A DNA stretch of 17,822 bases. Origin: an uncultured archaeon. GTDB taxonomy: Archaea; Asgardarchaeota; Lokiarchaeia; Sigyniarchaeales; SOKP01. Position 1 is the first letter of the stretch; the number at the start of each line of letters is the position of its first letter. Shown here piece by piece: positions 1 through 8,249 of the stretch. The translations under genes and the position numbers were made by a program. The DNA is taken from positions 1 through 17,822 of the forward strand of contig CAYLZE010000108.1 in the NCBI GenBank assembly GCA_964388035.1, written 5' to 3'. A model generated the notes under the pieces. That model ran no database searches, was not told where the DNA came from, and was given only the letters and a program-made list of their open reading frames with translations.

Positions 1-145
1 GATAACTGCGATTATTTGAGATTAACTAGGTAATATTAAAATTTATCCCATGAAATTAAATATCTATTAAATGATTAAATAAGCATTAATTATATAAGCA
101 GAAGGTTCATTTTTACAAATCAGTAAAGTAAGGGGTTGATGTAAT

Positions 146-2011
146 ATCGAAGAGGATAAGATAGGAAAAATTTTAGAAATCGACTTGCAAACTCAAAAAC
201 AAGATGAAATTGTTTTAGATAAAAATCAAATAAGAAGTTTTCTGGGAGGACCCGGTTTCGCAATTAAATATTTATTAGAAAAAAAGGCTTACGAACATGA
301 ACCCTTGAATGAAAAAAATCCTTTAATTTTCATGACAGGATTTCTCACCGGAACTTCTTTTCCCTCCTCTGGGTTTTATTCCGTGTCCGCTCGATCCCCT
401 CAAACTACATTCTACGGAGAAGGATTATCGGGCGGCTTTTTCGGCGCAGAAATGCGTAAAGTACTTAATGGTATTATTTTCAACAATAAGTCCAATATGC
501 CGGTTTATTTATTTATTGATGAAGATCATTTTGAATTAAAAGATGCTTCTGATTTATGGGGGCTAACAACAGAAAAAACTATTAAGACCCTTCAAAATAA
601 ACATGGAAAACAATTCAAGGTTGCTTGTATCGGTCCTGCAGGAGAACTATTAGTACCCCTAGCTTGTATTATTAATGATCATTTTAGAGCCGTAGGAAGA
701 ACCGGAATGGGAGCGGTCATGGGGTCAAAAAATCTGAAAGCTATTGCGATAAATGGAGGAAAGAAAAAAATTGAATATTTTCAAAAGGAAAAATTCAATG
801 AGCTCAGTAAGACTATATTTAAGGCAATTCAGAAATCCCCCATGGGCCAAGTCTTGAAAAATTTTGGTACTAATAATATTGATTATTTTGAACATCTAAA
901 TGATGTTCCCCATAAGAATTGGACCTTACACAAGTTTAGAGACGTGGCTGAATTAACAGGCGCCATTGTATTTGAAAAGTACCAAGTACGCAATGTACCT
1001 TGCTATCTTTGCCCTTATTCCTGTGGACGAGAAATAGAGATTAAAGAAGGCCCTTATAAAATAGAACATGCCGCAGGAACGGAATATGAAACCACCGCCG
1101 CATTTGGTGCCATGTGCCTCATTTCAAATATAGAAGCCGTCGCCTATTTAAACCACTTATGTAATACTTTGGGCGTCGATACCATTTCTACGGGATGTAC
1201 CATTGCTTTTGCCATGGATTGCTATGAAAATGGGATCTTGACTGAAGAACAAATTGGTTTCCCATTAGAATGGGGTGATATCGATGCGGTCATTAAGCTC
1301 ACGGAATTAATCTGTAAAAAGGAAGGTATTGGAATTATCTTGGGGGAAGGATCACGAAAAGCAGCGAAGGTCTTCGGAAAAGGAGCCGATCAGCTTTTAT
1401 CTGATGTGAAAGGATTAGAAGCGCCCATGCATAATCCACGGGCTATTTTCCCCCTTGGCCTACAATATGCCACCTCCAATCGGGGTGCCTGTCATCTCCG
1501 GGGTTTCGCAAACGATTCTTACTCGGGATTTACCGGCTTTAATGAGGATCTGGGAATAACGAAGGAACTTCCCATCCGAAAGCGAACAATTGATGACCCA
1601 AAATTTGCCAAAGATGTTGCCATCATGCAGAATTTATCCGAGATCAACAATGCTCTTGGAATTTGCCGCCAAGTCATCTCTTCAGGAACCCAAATTGTGG
1701 AACATTTGCTCGATAAAATCTTGAAAGCAATCTATTATTTAAATGGGATGGAACTAAGCTTAAAAGAACTTTTACAAATAGGAGAGAAGATCTTCACCAT
1801 GAAAAGAGTATTCAATACCAAATGCGGAATTACCCGAAAAGATGATATCATACCCCCAAGAATACAACGCCCCTTAGAACAAGGAGTTTTAAAAGGTAAA
1901 GTAGTTAAAATTGATGCAATGCTCGAAGAGTACTATAAATTTAGAGGATGGGATAATAATGGAATCCCAACGCAACAGAAACTGATCCAAATGGGCATCG
2001 TGCTGCCTTAA
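146..2011 (+). CDS. aor: Aldehyde:ferredoxin oxidoreductase family (W/Mo-bis-pterin, 4Fe-4S)
   Basis: AOR-family motifs: GGPG, ACIGPAGE, GRTGMGAVMGSKNLKAIA, CxxCxxxC (CYLCPYSC) plus C in NALGIC as 4Fe-4S ligands, EYET, LGVDTIS, RGACH, YYKFRGWD. The track starts at TTG 185, but the frame is open back to TGA 137-139 and encodes the family N-terminal strand GKILEIDL (164-187). Start is therefore placed at ATC 146, behind SD-like AGGGGTTGAT (131-140); exact start uncertain. Confidence 0.95.
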   Translation: MEEDKIGKILEIDLQTQKQDEIVLDKNQIRSFLGGPGFAIKYLLEKKAYEHEPLNEKNPLIFMTGFLTGTSFPSSGFYSVSARSPQTTFYGEGLSGGFFGAEMRKVLNGIIFNNKSNMPVYLFIDEDHFELKDASDLWGLTTEKTIKTLQNKHGKQFKVACIGPAGELLVPLACIINDHFRAVGRTGMGAVMGSKNLKAIAINGGKKKIEYFQKEKFNELSKTIFKAIQKSPMGQVLKNFGTNNIDYFEHLNDVPHKNWTLHKFRDVAELTGAIVFEKYQVRNVPCYLCPYSCGREIEIKEGPYKIEHAAGTEYETTAAFGAMCLISNIEAVAYLNHLCNTLGVDTISTGCTIAFAMDCYENGILTEEQIGFPLEWGDIDAVIKLTELICKKEGIGIILGEGSRKAAKVFGKGADQLLSDVKGLEAPMHNPRAIFPLGLQYATSNRGACHLRGFANDSYSGFTGFNEDLGITKELPIRKRTIDDPKFAKDVAIMQNLSEINNALGICRQVISSGTQIVEHLLDKILKAIYYLNGMELSLKELLQIGEKIFTMKRVFNTKCGITRKDDIIPPRIQRPLEQGVLKGKVVKIDAMLEEYYKFRGWDNNGIPTQQKLIQMGIVLP

Positions 2012-2024
2012 ATTTTATGAATTA

Positions 2025-2040
2025 TTCTTCTTTCTTTTTT
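2025..2040 (+). terminator. Archaeal-type oligo-T/pyrimidine terminator after aor
   Basis: TTCTTCTTTCTTTTTT starting 14 nt after the aor stop codon. Confidence 0.5.
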
Positions 2041-2212
2041 GATCTCGATCTTCAAAATTATCGGGAGTACGGGCTCTCTGTTTCTCGATTACACCATGCA
2101 TATAAAATTTAAATCTCATGAAAGAAATTTTAAAATAACCTAATAGCAAAGTAAGATTTTATCATAATACATTATTAGATTTTCAACTAATTACATTTTT
2201 AATAGTAAAACC

Positions 2213-2884
2213 ATGTCAAAAAAAAATGCAGAAGCAATAATAAAAGAATATTCAAAATTATATACGTGCGCAGTTTCTGATGCAAATGATGAGTTGGGAT
2301 TAGAACCTGGATTTCTCAACCCGGATGTCAGGCCCATTTGGCCGGGAGCCCGCATGGTTGGGTTTGCGAGCACCATGAATTGGGTAAAATCCAACGAGGA
2401 AATGGATAGAAATATTATTGGAAAATTAACCAAATTCCTGAAACAAGTTCCTAAATTCCCCATAATTTGCGTGGACATGTCTGGAGAAATGATTGCTGCG
2501 GGACTGGGACAATCTACCAGCAGGATCCTACAAAAATTTGGATTTCAAGGTGGGCTGGTTAATGGGCCCGTCCGTGATATACCTCAAGTAATTGATTTAA
2601 AATTTCCCATGTTCGCTCGAGGTATAATTTGTTCCTCCGTGAGAAGCAGAATGGTTCTAGATATGAACTCCATAATGAAACCGGTAGAGTGCGGAGGAAG
2701 AACTATCAATCCCCACGATTTAATCTTCGGAGACGTAAATGGTGTAGTAGTGATTCGAGCAGAGAATGTAGAATTGGTACTGGAAAAAGCGAAGGAAATC
2801 ATTTCTACCGATACTTGGTGGTTTAACCAATTAGAACAAGGAAGAGACCCTTCTGATATTGAAAAGGAAAGGCCATTGCCATGA
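2213..2884 (+). CDS. RraA / 4-hydroxy-4-methyl-2-oxoglutarate (HMG) aldolase-like family protein
   Basis: Family motifs TCAVSDA, RPIWPGARMVGFAST, GxLVNGPVRD, KFPMFARG, PVECGGRTINPHDLIFGDVNGVVVI; 223 aa is a typical length. Confidence 0.9.
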   Translation: MSKKNAEAIIKEYSKLYTCAVSDANDELGLEPGFLNPDVRPIWPGARMVGFASTMNWVKSNEEMDRNIIGKLTKFLKQVPKFPIICVDMSGEMIAAGLGQSTSRILQKFGFQGGLVNGPVRDIPQVIDLKFPMFARGIICSSVRSRMVLDMNSIMKPVECGGRTINPHDLIFGDVNGVVVIRAENVELVLEKAKEIISTDTWWFNQLEQGRDPSDIEKERPLP

Positions 2885-2988
2885 TTCATTTTTTATCACT
2901 TTCATTAATATTAATTTGAGTTTTTTTATTTTCATTTAAATTTATAAACTTCTTTGAGAGCAAAAAACCTTTAATCGTGAGATAAGTA

Positions 2989-3804
2989 TTGACAAATAAG
3001 ATTGAAATTCACCCTTTTGACTGGAGTGTAAGACTTTCCAAGCATGTTGATCTTGTCATAGTGTTAATTTTCTGGATGGTGAGTGTTTTTAATTTGGTGG
3101 CAAATTTCATGGTATATTCAATCTATCCTGCTTACGATTTATATTATCCCGGCGTGAACGCTGTTGAAAAGGTCGTGGAGTATTCGATCATTCTCATACC
3201 CCTAAGTTCGTTTTTTTCTATAGTCTTATTAATAGATCGCTATTTAGCCCTAAAAAACTCGAAAAAAACAAGGAAAGATGATAATAAAGCTTCTTCCCTT
3301 GATTTTAACTTTAAAAAGAGGAATCTTATAAGATTTATCATTGGAGGGGTTATCAGTTTCTTTTCCCTCCCATGGATTCTGGCTGTAGTAGGCATTTATG
3401 TCTCCGATGTACCTTTCCTTTCCCTTGTGTTTCTTGGTCGACAACTCTCTCCCTATTCAAATGGACTTCCTTCCGTGCATCTCGGCACGCATCATGGATG
3501 GGATGCTTATTTATTTGCTATATTGTCCCTTGTTGCTTCCACATCTCTTGATAGCAAGTATTATTTTGAAAATAGAGCGCTCCGCTCTATAATGACGGGG
3601 GCAATTACATTCCTGCTGAGTTATGCCTTTTTTGCTGGTTTTGAAGATGGACTCAATGAACAACTCTTAAACAGGGGTATAGACACACCAATTTATTGGT
3701 TTTTCGAAAAAGTATATTATTCCCCCTTCTTATTTCTGGGATTAACTATTGCATCCATTAGTTTTGCCTTATTCTGGTATCTCAAAATTGAAAAGAATGA
3801 ATAA
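2989..3804 (+). CDS. Uncharacterised multi-pass membrane protein (~6 TM) with a VHLGTHHGWD loop motif
   Basis: 271-aa ORF (TTG start) with about six hydrophobic segments and polar loops; no function recognisable. Confidence 0.75.
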   Translation: MTNKIEIHPFDWSVRLSKHVDLVIVLIFWMVSVFNLVANFMVYSIYPAYDLYYPGVNAVEKVVEYSIILIPLSSFFSIVLLIDRYLALKNSKKTRKDDNKASSLDFNFKKRNLIRFIIGGVISFFSLPWILAVVGIYVSDVPFLSLVFLGRQLSPYSNGLPSVHLGTHHGWDAYLFAILSLVASTSLDSKYYFENRALRSIMTGAITFLLSYAFFAGFEDGLNEQLLNRGIDTPIYWFFEKVYYSPFLFLGLTIASISFALFWYLKIEKNE

Positions 3805-3874
3805 GAAGTATTTTAAAGGATGATGTGAAAAAATCTGATTCAGAGGATAGAGGTTAATGTTCATGAGAAAGCAA

Positions 3875-4735
3875 TCACGATTTTTCTAAGTAGTCATGTA
3901 AGGAAAGAGACTTTTCTTGGTATTTAGTAAAAATACTATTGAAAATGGATTGACTCTTAGGATTCTCTAATATAAAATGATGTTGAATGTCAACATCATC
4001 ATTTCTTACCAGAAAAAAGCACATGGACCCTTCAATTTCCATGATGGTAAAATTGAAGGTGATATCTTCCATGATACGAATGTTATCTTCCATCTCCAGA
4101 TATTTCTTCATATCTTGAAAAAATTCGTGATTTCTCAATTCCTCCACGAACTTTTTATCCGTGATTTGATGAAATCTCACGTTCTTAAAAAATGTCAGAT
4201 AAAATTCCATATCAATTGTTCTATCGGGAAAGTAGGTTTTTAAGAGAGCAAGATCAAACTCTAAACTCCACCATCCTAATACTCTTATTTCTCCCTTAAA
4301 GGTTCCTTCATCAATTTCTTCCTTAAATTTACTTAAAAGTTTATCGATGATATTAAAAAAGTGCCAGGATGTTTCTTGGATATCGATTTCCTTTATGAAA
4401 GGTAGTAGGTGCTCAATGAATTGGTGGGGAATTAAATCTGCGGGAATATCGCCAAAAAAATTTTGTAATCTAAGAATTGGCTCGATCTCATTCAATTTTG
4501 TTAATAAATAATCACCTAAGCTAGATACATGGTACTTCTTTTCACGAACAAATAATAATCTTGATTGGATTAACTTTTTAAGATTATCTTGCACGGTTGA
4601 TATGGGAAGAGCCAATTTCCTAGCAGTATCCGTTAGATTATAACTATTTTCTTTATAAAGATTCAATAGATCATGAGCAGTCTCATTGGATATTGTATTT
4701 AGAAGAAAGCTCAATCCGTTAATTTTATTTTCCAT
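3875..4735 (-). CDS. Winged helix-turn-helix transcriptional regulator (ArsR-like N-domain, archaeal DUF1724-like architecture)
   Basis: N-terminal NLTDTARKLALPISTVQDNLKKL...KKYHVSSLG (HTH plus wing) followed by a ~200-aa C-terminal domain; divergent from the methyltransferase pair. Confidence 0.8.
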   Translation of the reverse strand: MENKINGLSFLLNTISNETAHDLLNLYKENSYNLTDTARKLALPISTVQDNLKKLIQSRLLFVREKKYHVSSLGDYLLTKLNEIEPILRLQNFFGDIPADLIPHQFIEHLLPFIKEIDIQETSWHFFNIIDKLLSKFKEEIDEGTFKGEIRVLGWWSLEFDLALLKTYFPDRTIDMEFYLTFFKNVRFHQITDKKFVEELRNHEFFQDMKKYLEMEDNIRIMEDITFNFTIMEIEGSMCFFLVRNDDVDIQHHFILENPKSQSIFNSIFTKYQEKSLSLHDYLEKS

Positions 4736-4765
4736 TGTTTTATCTAATAGAAGAATAACGATTTA

Positions 4766-4790
4766 AAAATTACGGAATCTCCGTAATTTT
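4766..4790. promoter_or_regulatory. Perfect inverted repeat, candidate operator of the wHTH regulator
   Basis: AAAATTACGGA-ATC-TCCGTAATTTT (11-bp arms, 3-nt spacer), 30 nt upstream of the regulator ATG in the divergent intergenic region. Confidence 0.7.
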
Positions 4791-4976
4791 CAAAAATATC
4801 GGAGATTATCGCTCGTCAAGAGATTCTGGAAGATTTAATTGACTTATAATGCGAAATCTTTAAATTTTCTAATTTTCTTTTAAAGATTAATAATAGATTT
4901 TTTTTTAACTTTAGTCATGGGAAAAAAAAATCATTTTTTATATCAAAAACTAAAAAAATAAAAAAGTGAAAGAATC

Positions 4977-5528
4977 TTGATTAGCTTTTTCAATTTGTGG
5001 CTTTTTTATGCGATAGGATACGGTATCGCCATGGTTGTTCAATTGTGGGCAAATAAGAAGCGGGGGGAGCCGTTTGAAGACCCCGAATTACTATTTAGTA
5101 ATAAAAAACTTTTCATTGTCGCCATGATATGGCTCTTCGGTGGATTTGTCATTAGCCTTTTTGTCCCCGTGAATTTTGGCCTTCTATTCTATATTGGCGT
5201 AATATTTTGTATTATTGGTTTTATTATCGTGTTGATAACCTTCTATAGCTTTGCCCAGAAAGCAGGACTCGTTACAAAGGGGATCCAGCGCTACTCCCGA
5301 AATCCCAATTATATAGGATGGACCATCTTTTATTTTGGGCTCTCTCTCATGGGATGGTCTTTATCTATATGGAGCATCATTTTTTTCATCTACTTCCTTA
5401 TTACCATCCCCTACCTTCACTGGTGCGTTATATTAGAAGAAAAATTTTTATCCAAAAAATATGGCGATCCCTACAGAGAATATCTGAAATCAACCCCTCG
5501 GTATTTAGGTAAATCAAAACAAAAATAA
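4977..5528 (+). CDS. Isoprenylcysteine carboxyl methyltransferase / PEMT (Ste14-like) family membrane methyltransferase, copy 1
   Basis: Hydrophobic protein with LVTKGIQRYSRNPNY (R-[HN]-P-x-Y) and EEKFLSKKYGDPYREYLKSTPRY SAM-binding motifs; TTG start. Confidence 0.85.
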   Translation: MISFFNLWLFYAIGYGIAMVVQLWANKKRGEPFEDPELLFSNKKLFIVAMIWLFGGFVISLFVPVNFGLLFYIGVIFCIIGFIIVLITFYSFAQKAGLVTKGIQRYSRNPNYIGWTIFYFGLSLMGWSLSIWSIIFFIYFLITIPYLHWCVILEEKFLSKKYGDPYREYLKSTPRYLGKSKQK

Positions 5529-5563
5529 TTTCATCTTAATAAAAAATAAAATAATAAAAATGT

Positions 5564-6148
5564 GTGATGGAAATAATGTTAAGTCTTTTTAATCTCTGGT
5601 TATTTTATGTGATCGGATATGCAATCGCATTAATTGTTCAAACATGGGCTAATAAGAAGCGAGGAGAACCATTTGATGATCCGGAATTTTTATTCAAGGA
5701 TAAGAAAATCGTCATCATTGCCATGATATGGCTTTTTGGTGGATTTGCGATTAGTCTTTTTGTCCCTCTATCTTTTGGAATTCTATTTTATATAGGTTTA
5801 GTACCATTTATTATCGGATTGGCTATCGTGATAACTGGATTATACTTTTTTGCAAAGAAAAGCGGTCTCATTACATCGGGCGTTAATCGTTATTCCCGCA
5901 ACCCCGGCTATGTAGGATGGTCCATTTTTTACCTGGGACTCACTCTCATGGGATGGTCTTTTTCCATTTGGAGCATTATCTTTTTGATATATTTCCTCAT
6001 TACCATGCCCTATTTCCACTGGACGGTTCTCCTGGAAGAGAAATTTTTATCGCAGAAGTATGGAGATTCTTATAAAGAATATCTAAAGAATACTCCACGA
6101 TATTTAGGAAGGCCAAAAAAAAATGCCTCCTCTAATGTACCCGAATAA
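5564..6148 (+). CDS. ICMT/PEMT family membrane methyltransferase, copy 2 (tandem paralogue)
   Basis: Same motifs (RYSRNPGY, EEKFLSQKYGDSYKEYLKNTPRY). Aligns without gaps to copy 1 from ATG 5576, about 129/183 identical by hand count; real start may be 5567 or 5576. Confidence 0.85.
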   Translation: MMEIMLSLFNLWLFYVIGYAIALIVQTWANKKRGEPFDDPEFLFKDKKIVIIAMIWLFGGFAISLFVPLSFGILFYIGLVPFIIGLAIVITGLYFFAKKSGLITSGVNRYSRNPGYVGWSIFYLGLTLMGWSFSIWSIIFLIYFLITMPYFHWTVLLEEKFLSQKYGDSYKEYLKNTPRYLGRPKKNASSNVPE

Positions 6149-6157
6149 AATTAAATC

Positions 6158-6170
6158 TTTTTTTTTTCTT
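6158..6170 (+). terminator. Oligo-T terminator after the methyltransferase pair
   Basis: T10 run (6158-6167) plus CTT, starting 10 nt after the stop codon. Confidence 0.55.
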
Positions 6171-6745
6171 ATAAATTGGAATGTTTTTTAGAAGAAATAA
6201 AAAACCCATGGAAAATAAAAATTTTTTAGCTATTATCTGAGGCTCTTTCTATTTTAATATATTTTTTAAAGTAAATATAAGGAGAATAAAAGTCTAGATT
6301 TGCGATTTTGTATCATTATATTTTAAAGACCTGTCATGCAAACGGACATATTCTAAGATTAACAAAAAATTAAATTGCGTTTATTTTTATATTGTATTAT
6401 ATATATAATAGTTGCAGAGAAAATAGCTTCATTGAGAAAATTTATTATTTGGATTGATTTGAATATATATACTTTGTCAAACATTTAAATTCACCTTGAA
6501 TAATTTTCATGAATAGATGAGTACAATAAAATAACAAGATCTACACCCTAAAAGGATAAGGAGTTTTTAAAAAATGTCATTTTAACCCTATTAGATTATT
6601 TTCAGAATTGAGATGATTTTAAATATTCTTTTAAAAATGCAAGCATTCCTATTATTGATATTCAATTTCAAGATATATTATGAACGCTGAATTTAATGAA
6701 CGCATGACAAGTGAGAAAGAAAAAGAGATAATCATTCGATTCATT

Positions 6746-6819
6746 CTTGTAAAGGTCGGGAACTTTCAGGTCGTTTACAAGCGGCGCTTTCACGAGTCGG
6801 GGATTCTGAGCCCCGTTCG
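6746..6819. other. GC-rich multi-hairpin element (candidate ncRNA or mobile-element end relic)
   Basis: About 59% GC (39/66 over 6754-6819) within very AT-rich flanks; stems CTTGTAAA/TTTACAAG (6746-6753/6774-6781) and CGAG(T)CGGGG/CCCCGTTCG (6793-6819). Confidence 0.4.
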
Positions 6820-6922
6820 AAAAAATGTAATTCCTACCACAAGTGACTATGAAATAAATAAAGAAAGTAGGAAAACAAGTTAAATAGAAAAGGATAATTA
6901 GTAGAATTTTCTATTTTTTAAA

Positions 6923-7223
6923 ATGGCAAACGTAAAAATGAATAATAAAACGATTTAAGAAAAAAATACAAGCAGAGCTTATTCTTAAATTAGGGGAGAA
7001 ATTTACTCAACAAGAAATTTTGGATAGAAGCGTTGATTTTGTTTATAAACGGTTAGATCAATTCATATACGAAGAACTTAACCATCCCGTTCTTACAAAA
7101 GAAATCATTGATCAAATAAGAAAAAGTGCAATTGATGAGCCACTTTTGGTTCAGGCTGGCTATCATCTTTTATCGGTAAGCTCCCGATTTAATTTTATAA
7201 GTTATAAAATTTATGTGCGATAG
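6923..7223 (+). pseudogene. Frameshifted small antitoxin-like protein (orphan, partner absent)
   Basis: ATG 6923 MANVKMNNKTI ends at TAA 6956; the +1 frame continues KKIQAELILKLGEKFTQQEILDRSVDFVYKRLDQFIYEEL into the track ORF 7020-7223. The pattern resembles archaeal RHH-like antitoxins found upstream of PIN toxins (recognition from memory). Protein-like character fades after ~7145. Confidence 0.6.
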
Positions 7224-7259
7224 ATTAATTTAGATGTATTTCTACTAATTATATAGAAT

Positions 7260-7493
7260 ATGACTCAAGTTAAATTAGATAAAGCTGTTGCGGAAGATCT
7301 CATAACTTCTAAAATGAGAGTCCTCCAAGAATATATTAACTCAATTCTTAAACGTTGGAATGAAACATCTACAAAATCATTTTTAGAAAAAGCTCGTTCT
7401 GGAGAATATGAAAATGCAGAAGAAGATGCAGTAGAATTGCGACAGCTATTATTGGATTATTCTAAATTTCAAGAGCTTTTAAATGATTTTTAA
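7260..7493 (+). CDS. Small helical protein, putative antitoxin partner of the downstream DUF6516 gene
   Basis: 77 aa; STKSFLEKARSGEYENAEEDAVE resembles the S-x2-F-x4-G-x5-D pattern of TumA-like antitoxins; 26 nt upstream of the DUF6516 ATG. Confidence 0.65.
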   Translation: MTQVKLDKAVAEDLITSKMRVLQEYINSILKRWNETSTKSFLEKARSGEYENAEEDAVELRQLLLDYSKFQELLNDF

Positions 7494-7519
7494 ATTTTAT
7501 TAAGAGTTTGTATTTAATT

Positions 7520-7882
7520 ATGGATTCTCGTGTAAAGCTCAATTTAGCATTCCATATCCTAACTAATGAATTTAAAGATGTTTTAAGAGAAATAATTGTT
7601 TATAAAGATCGCCCTGTTTTAAAAGCAATATTCCAGAATGAGATTATTCTTAATGTTCGCTACAATGATTATGGAGAATATACATATAGTGTAATATATT
7701 CTCCTAATCCCGATGATCAAATGCGTTTTGATAATTATGATGATAGATGGAATGTAAAAACTAGACCACACCATTTTCACATAAGGGGTATGCAATCTGT
7801 AAAGGAAAGTCCAATGAAAGGAGAACCAAATCAAGATATTCCGATCTTAATTAGGAAAATTATAGAGTATCTAAAGAAATAG
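7520..7882 (+). CDS. DUF6516 / TumE-like putative toxin
   Basis: YTYSV...MRFDNYDDRWNVKTRPHHFH matches the R-[YF]-D-N...P-H-H-x-H signature; ATG 7520 preferred over track TTG 7508. Confidence 0.7.
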   Translation: MDSRVKLNLAFHILTNEFKDVLREIIVYKDRPVLKAIFQNEIILNVRYNDYGEYTYSVIYSPNPDDQMRFDNYDDRWNVKTRPHHFHIRGMQSVKESPMKGEPNQDIPILIRKIIEYLKK

Positions 7883-8005
7883 TTAATAATAATCACTTTC
7901 GAATGATATTTCCATTTTCTTATTGGAGATTAACTCTCCTTTATTCTTATCTTTAGTATTAGAAACGTTCTTATCTTTTTTATATTTATCTATCGAAATA
8001 GCCAT

Positions 8006-8038
8006 CATTTTTAGTGACCTAACCATTTTTTAGTGACC
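8006..8038. repeat. Short tandem duplication CATTTTT(T)AGTGACC x2
   Basis: CATTTTTAGTGACC (8006-8019) and CATTTTTTAGTGACC (8024-8038), differing by one T. Confidence 0.7.
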
Positions 8039-8249
8039 CGAAATGCAATACCAGAAATTCTTTTTTCGATAACTGAATTTGATATATTTTCTTCTGCCGT
8101 GGATTAAAGCTAAAAACATCTGATAATAAACTCAAAACAGAAGTAAGTTTATGAATTATATTAAAGCTGAAGAAGAGCAAATATAAGACAAAAATTAATA
8201 AATATTGAAGATAAGCGCTTTGAATGAGTTTTGAATATAAACAGAACTA

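Noticed and set aside
137-139. In-frame TGA upstream of aor as selenocysteine
   Set aside because: It lies within the SD-like motif, upstream of the family N-terminus, with no aligned Cys position. The 3' hairpin at 2060-2089 lacks a SECIS AUGA/GA core.
6395-6410. Perfect palindrome TATTATATATATAATA
   Set aside because: Low-complexity (TA)n in very AT-rich DNA, with no adjacent gene start; expected by chance.
6680-6883. 67-aa track ORF as a real gene
   Set aside because: No recognisable motif; it spans an abrupt composition change and stays open mainly through the GC-rich hairpin element.
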